From Squalus acanthias (Eukaryota), in NCBI GenBank assembly GCA_030390025.1, contig CM059432.1, forward strand, positions 79,672,001 through 79,736,000: 64,000 nt of DNA, written 5' to 3'. The notes beneath the pieces were generated by a model that had not been told where the DNA came from, searched no databases, and saw only the letters and a program-made list of their open reading frames with translations. The position numbers and the translations under genes were made by a program. This document shows positions 22,402 through 32,924 of this stretch, one piece after another. Position 1 is the first letter of the stretch; every line of letters begins with the position of its first letter.

Positions 22402-24071
22402 GTAAGCACATAAAGCAAGGTAGTACTTAATGCAATGTAAACTTGCTTAACTTAGTAACTGAATAAATAGATAAACTGTAAGTGCCGATGACATTAGTGG
22501 AGATTGGCATACAACGTCACGTTTATATTGAGGAACAGTTGTTCAGTCAGTCACTCCTTCTGAGCACAGACCATGTAAATGTGTGTTGCATCATGGACTA
22601 TAACCAACCCTCTGCAAACTTCAACTCATCCAAAACTGCTGCCCGTACCCTATTCTGCACTTTGTCCTTGCTGATGCACCTTGGGTCCCAGTCCCCCATG
22701 CCTCGAATTTGAAGTTCTCATCCTCGTGTTTAAATCCCTGATGAATTGAACAATACCAACTGAGACGAAGTTTTGAACAAAATTAACACTAATAAATGCT
22801 TTTTAAACTTCAAAAGACATGATTAAACAATGAAACTTTAACTATTTATGTATTATATGTTTACTTAACCTCACTCTTCCCAGACTTCAAATGGTTCATC
22901 GGATATTAATGTACTAACATCCATCTTTATCCTGGGTGGTTTTTAACAGTTTGCCTGTATTGTATTGTACGTTACACTTATCAGGGAAAGTATATCATGC
23001 ATGTTGTGACTTCTTATGAGAGCCACTATGGAGATCTGCTAGTGCAAATAGATTTATATATTTAATATGTCTTGTGGCTGCTGTGAGTATGTTGCATCTG
23101 AAAGTCACACTTTGGAATCTCCCATTTTGTCACACATACTAAGTATGTTTCACACTTACATCTGTTTGGCTTAAATCTCTCACTCAGTAAACAGTAGCAA
23201 ATCACAACTGAATTTATTGTGGCGGCAGCAGCAGCAGAGTTTTTCTCCTGTGACAAATGGGACATTTCTGTTTTTATTTCATATGCTATTTTGAAGTAGC
23301 CAGAGATAACATGGAAGCTGTCTTCCCTTGCCCAAGTTTCAAAATGGAGAACAGGAAATGAGGTCTCTATAGGGCCAGGCCAAGTTGGTTGACATTGAAA
23401 TTAGTCAAGCTACAGGGTCTTTGTTCTAAATCCTAATTGTTACAGATGCCCAAAACATTAGCAGAGATGAGAAACTGGGACTATTTATGAATACTTATTC
23501 GCATGACCTGCAATATCGCCTTGCATTGTGTAATTGATAAAGATAATTGACAGCTCTGACTTCTGAGGCTTTTGCATGGTTTGTCTGTTTAATGCTGCAT
23601 ATGCTTCAGTTCTGTCCAGGGATTGGCAAACTGATAGACTGGAAATTTGTGCCAACAATGGATATTGTGGCATAAAGGTGTACAAAATACTTTTTTTAAT
23701 TAAAAAGTCCTGTTGCTGTTTAAGCTGTGCAAGAAATATAGTCTAAAAAGGGCACTTTAACTTCTTGTGCGTTGATTCTATATTTATTGTTTTTGAGTAT
23801 TGTACTCTCGATACCTTGTTGCATCTGAGTGCTTCTATGCATTATTCAACCTTTAAATAAATCTGACATGATTTTACCCTGAATGCTTTGGTCTGATGGC
23901 ATAACAAAGCTCAGGGAATGTGGTGGGATTTCCAGTGGTTAATAGAACAATTATAGGATAATTGTTAATCCTGGGCATAGGGTCTGAGAGACAGCACATA
24001 TGAGGTTTAGGGTCATAGAACATTTAGTATGTTTATGGAATCTGCCTTTTTGCTGTGAGCAGAGTGTGATT

Positions 24072-24162
24072 CATAGAAACATAGAAACATAGAATCTAGG
24101 AGCAGGAGCAGGCCATCCGGCCCGTCGAGCCCGCTCCACCATTCAATACGATCATGGCTGAT
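24072..24162 (-). mobile_element. CR1 3' tail
   Basis: (CATAGAAA)n repeat followed by GGAGCAGG..GGCCAT..GATCATGGCTGAT. Confidence 0.8.
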
Positions 24163-24759
24163 TCAAACAAAAACTGAACACCAACCAATAAGCAAATACC
24201 AATGAGGTATGAAAACTACCCATCAGCAAATAACTACCAATAAAATGATTATCAAGAAAGAAATTAAATCACAAAATACTCTCTTTTTGAAAATCTTCTC
24301 GGCTTCACCTTGTTTTGTTAGTAACCTCGGGCATATAGTACTAAAAATAAATTTTCTTATGGAGCATCAGCTTGCCAATCAGATGAATTTTGTATTTGAA
24401 ATCTATCCAATAATATTTCCCTCCTGAGACCTTCCGCTCTTTTTCAAGTGCCCAGGGCCAGTGCTCATTAAGCTTCCCACAACTATTGCTTTGTCGACTA
24501 TCCTATAAAGAGGCTCAACCAGATAGCAGAATTTCTTTTTTTAGTGCAGATTTCATACACCTCGGGGGAAACAAATTTAATTTCCAAGGTACAAACTTAC
24601 GAAAAAGTAAAATATAAATTGGTCTATCAACCCTAGCCCATCCAGACATGGTACAGCCTACCTGCACCATCAAATCCTCTCCACCCCTACCCCAGTCATG
24701 CAATCTCCTGGGAGCAACAAAACAACCAGAGAAAAACCTTAGGTCAGGAAACTGCTTTT

Positions 24760-25260
24760 TTTGTTAATACATTCTAGAGGTTGATGACTCTGTGACAAGA
24801 AATACTTCCTGTCGTCTAATCTAACTTTTTTTTTCTCTTGTTTTGTGTTTTATACTGATATTCTTCATTTTTCCCATCCCTATCTATCTTAAATAATCTA
24901 TTCAACCAAACGGAATCTATTAATTTCATCATTTTAATAACCTCAAACATATCTCCTTGAAGTTTACACTTCTCCAATGGAAAAAGCCCCAGTTCCTTGA
25001 GCCTATTCTGATAGCTAAGAGCCTTAAGACTAGGTATCATTCTGGTTGCCTCACTCTTGACCTTATCATGGGCCTCAATATCTCTGGCCATGCCAGAGGA
25101 CTAAAACTGGACACCATATTCTAAATGCAGCCATACCAAAGCCTTTTATAAGTATCCTGATTTCCACAATTATATTGAACTGTCCTAGCTATACACCCTA
25201 ATACCTCACTCACTTCTCCATTGACCTTGAAAAGCTGATTGTGGATCTGCAGTGTTTTGC
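24760..25260 (-). mobile_element. Old CR1 ORF2 3' fragment
   Basis: ATRMIPSLKALSYQNRLKELGLFPLE. Confidence 0.75.
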
Positions 25261-25332
25261 CAACTATGCTGCTTGTCATTCATCTCTCTGAATTAGCTGA
25301 TGCAGTAATACATGGTTTGAATGTTATTTCAG

Positions 25333-25431
25333 GACAGACTGAGAAATGAAAGAAACCAGGAGTACAATCAATTTCTTAGGGAGCAAGACAAATATGAGCA
25401 ATTAAGAAGAAATGGCAGGTGGATACCTAAG
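25333..25431 (+). CDS. CSPP1: CSPP1 coding exon 5, DRLRNERNQEYNQFLREQDKYEQLRRNGRWIPK
   Basis: Matches recalled ERLKLERNKEYNQFLR; TTTCAG acceptor, GTGACT donor. Confidence 0.93.
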
Positions 25432-25490
25432 GTGACTATTTTCTGATCACTCCAGAAAAAAACAATCATAATCTGGCAGGAATTAACATT

Positions 25491-26198
25491 GGCCTGGAAT
25501 TTGCCCAAAGAAAGCTGCCCACAGAGATTTTGCGATCTCTGACGAGAAGTTTGTCTTTTTCGAGGTGCAAGTGATTTTAGTGCAGTGTAGTGGGAATTCC
25601 CTTGTGCGACTTGCTGTGATGTCAACAAGCTGTCTAAGCAGCCAATCACGTTACAGAATTCTCAGACAGAGAACCAGGAAATGAGAAGCTGCTTTTATCT
25701 GGACTTTTTAAAAATGTTAGAGAACAAAACAAAGATTGGGGCTCTCACATGGGGATAAGGTAGAACCTGAAATATCATGAACAAACTTTATTGTAATTTT
25801 TATCATAATGGAGAAATTTGACACTCCACAAAATTAAAATTAGATTTTCAGGGCCATAACTTTTGTTTAGCAGTCAATTCGCTATTAAAACCCCAGTTAC
25901 ACCTAATCCAACAAGGCTTAACATTTAATGGGGTATTTAACAGTAATATTACTGTGGAAAAGCCCAAGTTTTTGTCAATTTCACTGATTTCACTGATTAC
26001 ACTGATTGCCGGCTGTTGTAGGTGGGGCAGGGGTGCATAGTGCAGCCAGTGTTGGATCAGTGAATGACTGACTGCAACTTCAGGATTTCTGCGTTTAGAT
26101 GGGCATGTGCTACATCCTGAAGTTGCGTTCAGTTTCAAAGGGGTAATAACGGCAAACGCTGTTAGTTTGCCATTATTAGCCACTGCAAATTCCGGCCC
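25491..26198. mobile_element. Harbinger-like MITE (family A), inverted relative to 5411-6177
   Basis: TIRs GGCCTGGAATTTGC / GCAAATTCCGGCCC; internal similarity to the reverse complement of 5411-6177. Confidence 0.8.
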
Positions 26199-26264
26199 AG
26201 TAACATCAAATCAAAAAATATGGTTCGTGGTGCCTTTTTATTAAAAATATGTTTAAAAAATATA

Positions 26265-27960
26265 TAGAATCATACAGCATAGAAAGGGACCATTCGGCCC
26301 ATCGTGCCTGTGCCAGCTCTTTGAAAGAGCTATCCAATTAGTCCCACTACCCTGCTCTTTCTCATAGCCCTGCAAATTTTTACTTTTCAAATATTTATCC
26401 AATTCCCTTTGAAAGGTACTATTGAATCTACTTCCACGACCCTTTCAGGCAATGCATTCCAGATCATTACAACTTGCTGCGTAAAAAAAAAAAAAAAATT
26501 GTCCTCCTCTCCCCTCTGGTTGTTTTGCCAATTACCATAAATCTGTGTCCTCTGGTTACTGACTCTCCTGCCAGTGGAAACAGTTTCTCCCAATGTACTC
26601 TATCAAAACCCCTCAATTTTTAACACCTCTATTAAATCTCCCCATGACCTTCTCTGCCCCAAAAGAGAACAATCCTAGCTTCTCTAATCTCTCCACATAA
26701 CTGAAGTCCCTAATTTCTGTTACCATTCTAGTAAATTTTTTTGCACCTTCTCCAAGGCCTTGACATCCTTCCTAAAGTGTGGTACCCAGAATTGAACACA
26801 ATACAACAGTGTGATGAAAGATGTGATTGACTGTGCTATCAAGCGGCACTTACCAATAACCTGCTCACCGATGCTCAGTATAGGTTCCGCCAGGTCCACT
26901 CTACTCCAGACCTCATTACAGCCTTGGTCTAAACATGGACAAAAGAGCTGGATTCCAGAGGTGAGGTGAGAGTGACTGCCCTTGACATCAAGGCAGCATT
27001 TGAACGAGTGTGGCATCAAGGAGCCCTAGTAAAATTGAAGTCGATGGGAATCGGGGAAAACTCTCCACTGCCTGGAGTCATATCTAGTACAAAGGAAGTG
27101 TCTCACCTCCTGACTCCCCAAAGCCTTTCCACCATCTACAAGGCACAAGTCAGGAGTGTGATGGAATATTCTCCACTTGCCTGTATGAGTGCAGCTCCAA
27201 CAACACTCAAGAAGGTCTACACCATCCAGGACAAAGCAGCCTGCTTGATTGGCACCTTATCCACCACCTTAAACACTCACCCCCTGCATCACCGGCGCGC
27301 TGTGGCTGCAGTGTGTACCATCTACAAGATGCACTGCAGTAACTCGCCAAGGCTTCTTTTTGTCAGCACTTCCCAAACCCGTGACCTCTACCATCAAGGG
27401 CAATTAGGGATAGGCAATAAAGGCCTTGCCAGTGATGCCCACATCCCATGAATGAATTAAAAAAAAAAACTGAGGCCTAACCAGTGATTTATAAAGGTTT
27501 AGCATAACTTCCTTGTTTTTATACTCTAGGCTTCTATTTATAAAGCCAAAGGTCCCATATGCTTTTTTAACAGCCTTTTCTACTTGTCCTGCCAGCTTCA
27601 AAGATTTGTGCACGTAAACCCCCAGGTTCCTGCACTCTCTTTAAAATTGTACCATTTAGTTTATATTGCCTCTCCTCATTCTTCCTTCCAAAATGCATCA
27701 CTTCACACTTCTCTGCATTAAATTTTATCTGCCCAGTTCACCAATATGTCTATGTTCTCCTGAAGTCTGCTGCTATCTTCCTCACTGTTTTACTACATTT
27801 CTGACTTCCGTGTCATCTGCAAACTTTGAAATTATGCTCTGTATACCCCATTCCAGGTTATTAATATATATCAAAAGGAGCAGTGGTCGTAATACCCTGA
27901 GGTTACCACTGTATACTTCCCTCAGTCTGTAAAACAACCGTTCACCACTACTCTCTGCCA
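26265..27960 (-). mobile_element. CR1 3' fragment, interrupted at 26810-27469
   Basis: YCVQFWVPHFRKDVKALE and EVMLNLYKSLVRPQ are contiguous once the insert is removed. Confidence 0.85.
26810..27469 (+). mobile_element. Internally deleted copy of the tRNA-headed LINE family, nested in CR1
   Basis: MRVTALDIKAAFERVWHQG...; 3' tail ...GCCCACATCCCATGAATGAATT(A)n. Confidence 0.85.
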
Positions 27961-28325
27961 TATTTGGGCAATGAACTTTTAATTACTTAGTATTTACAGC
28001 ACAGAAACAGGCCATTTGGCCCAACAGGTCTATGTCAGAGTTGATGCTCCACACAAGCCTCCTCCCACCTTACTTCATCTTACCCTATCAACATATCCTA
28101 TTCCTTTCTCCTTCATGTGCTGTCTGACAATTTCTATTACTGGCCGTTCGGATTGTTTTAAAATTAACATTTGTAAAATTTTATGAAATGATTTCCTGTG
28201 TATTACTATTATTTGTATCCTAGTGTAGAAAAATACATAATGCTAATATTTTAAATGTTTGTAATATGCTTTTTAATTTTTACAAGTTATGAGTACTAAC
28301 TGATTTCTTTCAAAATTGTAACCAG

Positions 28326-28531
28326 TATTATAAGGAGAATATTGATCCTTCAGATGACACCAGATTTCAGGGTGCAGCTCACATAAGATCTGATCCACCA
28401 CTACGTGAGCCAGCCTCTTACAGGAACGATGCATATACGTCAGTGGAGGCTTACGAGGAATTGTTGAATAAAAAGCGTCAAGAAGAGGAGAGATATCGCA
28501 GATCTGATGATCCTGAGATTGGTCAGAGAAG
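28326..28531 (+). CDS. CSPP1: CSPP1 coding exon 6 (phase 0 to 2), YYKENIDP...[30 protein letters not shown]
   Basis: Matches recalled [30 protein letters not shown] branch point at 28294-28300; GTAATA donor (read-through would hit TAA). Confidence 0.9.
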
Positions 28532-29064
28532 GTAATAATATTGATGAAGCATTGTTGTAGACTAGGCAAAAATGGAAAAAGCTGATGGGAAGTGCATGAT
28601 TTTAATGTAGCTAGTTTTCATGACCATATTCTAATGAAATGTCCATTTAACTAGTTCTATTTAAATTATTTTGATTCACAGTGATATGCTTTGTAAATAT
28701 ATTCTCTTGAGGCTCTCTCAATTGCTGATGGAACACTGCTATCTAAACCACATTTATAAAATCTGTTAATTCTATTCCAGCATTGTGATTGCCCACTGCT
28801 GGATTCACTTGGTTAGTACTGTGATACAACTAACTGGTTCACTGGAAATTATCCAAGCTTGTTGAGCAGTTCTGTCATCCAAATCCTCTCTAAACCCGCA
28901 TTCTTATTGTAGAACCATTTCATAAAACTCTGTAGAAACTGGCCAATCGACAGCAGCCATGATACATCGTAAAGCCACTGCACTTGGGCACGCACGGATT
29001 TAAAGTTGCAAACAACAACTATTCCCAAATGGTTTTGCCGGCCTACATGAAAGGAGTGCCACAG

Positions 29065-29640
29065 TTGCTCAGACCACACCTGGCGTACTGTGTGCAGTTT
29101 TGGTCTCCTTACCTAAGAAAGGATATACTTGCCATAGAGGGAGTGCAGCGAAGGTTCACCAGACTGATTCCTGGGATGGCAGGACAGTCGTATGAGGAAA
29201 GATTGGGTCGACTAGGCCTGTATTCACTAGAGTTTAGAAGAATGAGAGGGGATCTCATTGAAACGTATAAAATTCTGACAGGGCTAGACAGACTGGATGC
29301 AGGGAGGATGTTTCCCCTGGCTGGGGGGTCTAGAACGAGGCGTCACAGTCTCAGGATACGGGGTAGAACATTTAGGACTGAGATGAGGAGAAATTTCTTC
29401 ACTCCGAGGGTGGTGAACCTGTGGAATTCTCCACCACAGAAGGCTGTGGAGGCCAAGTCACTGAATATATTTAAGAAGGAGATAGATAGATTTCTAGACA
29501 CAAAAGGCATCAAGGGGTATGGGGAGAGAGCAGGAATATGGTATTGAGATAGAAGATCAGCCATGATCATATTGAATGGTGGAGCAGGCTTGAAGGGCCG
29601 AATGGCCTACTCCTGCTCCTATTTTTCTATGTTTTCTATG
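29065..29640 (+). mobile_element. Well-preserved CR1 3' fragment
   Basis: Intact ORF2 C-terminus RPHLAYCVQFWSPYLRKD...; TTCTATG-type tail. Confidence 0.92.
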
Positions 29641-29907
29641 CTGCTCTTGAGGCGGCAGTGCTGTCTGTGGCATGGGATGAAATCACCTGCTTTGGTGATA
29701 CATGCTGCCTACAGTGCTGCAAATGCTGCTTTGTTATATACAGTAGTTCAGTTTGCCACTAACTTCATTGTTACTGTTAGTTGCACACATCAAATATAAA
29801 TGTACAGGAACAAAACAGTTTCTAACTTTTTAATACTACACATGCCATTGGTCTCTGCAATTAAAGGGCATTGCAAAGTATTTGAACTATGGATTATTCC
29901 TTTCCAG

Positions 29908-30003
29908 AAATGTTCAGACACAAACAGACAGAAGGTCAGGGTGTTATGAAAATAACTTTCCAGATTCCGGCAACTACTTCCAGGGATCGAGAAATGAATA
30001 CAG
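29908..30003 (+). CDS. CSPP1: CSPP1 coding exon 7 (phase 2 to 2), NVQTQTDRRSGCYENNFPDSGNYFQGSRNEY
   Basis: TTCCTTTCCAG acceptor, AG|GTGAAT donor, 96 nt open in the required phase; only weak similarity to recalled DERFRYESDF. Confidence 0.7.
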
Positions 30004-30996
30004 GTGAATAACTGTTCAGAGCTATTGTTCCCATATTGAGATTCACACACCCTGTTAATATTGCAGAACTGCTTCTAGTAGAAGTGATCCTGCAGTGTGC
30101 CAAAGTTTCCAATTACATTGTGGGGTGGAAGGTTTTCAGGAAGTCATGGACTTTCCTCAAAATTGCAGTCAGAAAATGATGACCAACTCTGCCAATGGTG
30201 GCTGTCTGCCCCTTGCCTCTGGAGAAGTGTGGGAAATGACCACTAGACGTGGTTCTTGGCTCCAGCAGCTACCTTCCTTGATGCCATATATAGATATTTT
30301 ACTGGTGCAAAATGAACGGCTTGGCTTTGTTATGTAGTTCAAGTTTCTGCCAGACAAATGGAATCCTCAATTCAGAGGTAACTTTTAGCAGTCAGTGCAG
30401 TGGCCCTGCATGTTCTGGGTCTTGCAGGTTTATCCTGTTTTCCCTCATGGCACAGATCATTTATGTTGTATGAAGTGGAAATGTCCATCCTTTTTATGAG
30501 CGGTAAGGGCTGAAAAAATCTGGTTTTTGGATTTCCTGATTCAGCAAAGACTGGCCCATCAAGATCCTGTACAGGGAAGACCTTCTTACCCAGTTGCACT
30601 CAGATCAGGCACAGTGACCTCTAGAATTTTCATTTGACATCATGGCTCTTGAAAGGGCTGGCTTGGAGGAGCTGGGTTTTCAGCAGTTAGTTGTAACAAT
30701 ACTGCTGGTCTCCAGGGAAAGCTCAAGGGTAAGTAGAAACACTTCTGGTGTTTTTAATCATCATAAATCCAGAAGATCATCAATTTTATTGTAAATTAAA
30801 ATATTGTTAGATGAGGCGCACTTTCCTAGCTCACCGATAGTCCATGTTGTTGCTTTCTGCCTGTTTCATTTCCCAGAGGTATCGTGGTGCAGAAACAGCA
30901 CTTTTTGTCTTAGTTCATGAAGTGTGCGTGGAAAGTGAGTATTGTTGTTCCTCAGGCTATCCCTTTGTGAGACTTGTATTTGGTTTTAAACTGCGT

Positions 30997-31110
30997 AATA
31001 GAAACATAGAAACTAGGAGCAGGAGTAGGCCATTCGGCCCGTCGAGCCTGCTCCACCATTCAATACGATCATGGCTGATCATCCAAATCCAGCAACCTGT
31101 CCCTGCCCCC
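30997..31110 (-). mobile_element. CR1 3' tail
   Basis: Same tail as 24072 and 59410. Confidence 0.8.
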
Positions 31111-31371
31111 TCACACAGAATCCCCATCGAGCCTGCACCGACACATATCCCACCCTATCCCCGTAACCCCACGTATTTAATTCCCCCTAACATATCCCAT
31201 CCTATCCCCGTAACCCCACATATTTAATCCCCCCCTAACACTAAGGGTCAATTTATCATAGCCAAATCAACCTAACCCGCACATTTTTGGACTGTGGGAG
31301 GAAACCGGAGCACCCGGAGGAAACCCACGCAGACACGGGGATGTGCAAACTCCACACAGACAGTCACCCGA
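31110..31371 (-). mobile_element. HE1-like V-SINE (5'-truncated)
   Basis: V-domain TGTGTGGAGTTTGCACAT..TCTGCGTGGGTTTCCTCCGGGTGCTCCGGTTTCCTCCCACAGTCCAAA on the minus strand. Confidence 0.85.
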
Positions 31372-32924
31372 GTAATCTTGGAGCACGAATACAGCAGGCC
31401 CATCTGAAGAGGGGTTCAGCCCGCAACATCAACTTTTCTTTTCTTTCTATAAACGGTGACATACCTGCTGTATATTTCCAGCATTTTCTCTTTTTTTGTT
31501 TTCCTCTGTTTAGCATGTGGATAGAGCAGTTAATTTGCATCTTTATTTTTTGTTTGAATGCTACTTGTTTCAGGAACTGATGTTGGTCAAAGTTTATCCT
31601 AACCTCAAGTTTCCTTTGTTGTAAAAAAAAAAGTATCCGTTTGCACAGACATTCATTCCTGAGGGACATGGGAATATAGGAACAGGAGTAGGTCATTCAG
31701 CCCCTCACACCTGTTCTGCAACTCAACAAGATCATGGCTGATCTGTATCTTAACTCCATCTACCTGCCTTGGTTTTGTAACCCTTAGCTATCAAAAATCT
31801 AGCAATCTCAGTTTTGAGATTTACAATTGACCTAGGCTCAACAACTTTTTGGGGAGAGATTTCCAGATTTACACGACCCATTGTGTGCAGAAGTGCTTCC
31901 TGGCATCACCCCATAACAGTCTAGCTTTAATTTTAAGGTTGTACTCTCTTGTTGTGGACTCTCCCACGAGAGGAAATAGATTCTCTCTATTTACCCTCTC
32001 AAATCCTTTAATCATCTTAAACACTTCAATTAGATCACCGCTTAATATTCTATATTCAAGGAAATACAAGCCTAGAGTATACAACCTGTCCTCGTAATTG
32101 AACCCTTTTAGCTCCAATATCATTCTGGTGAATCTATGCTGCACCCCTTCCAAGGCCAATATATCTTTCCTGAGGTGTGGTGCCCAGAACTGAATGCAGT
32201 ACTCCAGTTGTGGTCTAACCAGAGCACTGTAGAGCCATAACATAACTTCCACCTCTCTGTATTCCAGTCCCCTTGAGATCAAGTCTAACATTCCATTAGC
32301 CTTTTAAATTATTTTTTATACCTGTCAATGCTCTGCTCATCCACAGTTCCTAGCTGCTTGCCATTTAGAAAATACTTGGATCTATCTCGGGTCCAAAGTG
32401 GATGACCTCACACTTTCGCATATTGAACTCCACCTGCTACAGTTTTGCCCACTTATTTAATCTATCAGTGTCCCGTTGCAACTTTATGCTCCCATCTACA
32501 CTATTTACTGTGCCACCTAACTTGGTGTTGTCAGCAAACTTAGATATATGGCTCTCTATCCCTTTATCCAAGTAATTTATAAATATAGTGAAAAGCTGTG
32601 GCCCCAGAACAGATCCCTGGGGGACACCACTAGTCACATCCTGCTAATTTTGAGTACAAACCCATTATCCCTACTCTGTCTCCTACCTCCTAACCAATTC
32701 CCTATCCAGACCAATAAGTTGCCTCCAATTCCATGCGCTCTCATTTTTGTTAACAGTCTCTTGTGTGGAACCTTATCGAATGCCTTCTGGAAGTCCATGT
32801 AAATAACATGCATAGACACCCTTATGCATGTTTGAGGTCTACCCCATGTTTGAGGTCTATCATGTTAGACCTCAAAAATTCAACTAGGTTTGTTAGACAT
32901 GACTTACCCTTTACAAATCCATGC

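Noticed and set aside
28984..29547. Novel 187-aa gene
   Set aside because: CR1 ORF2 C-terminus fortuitously extended by flanking DNA from a non-ATG start.
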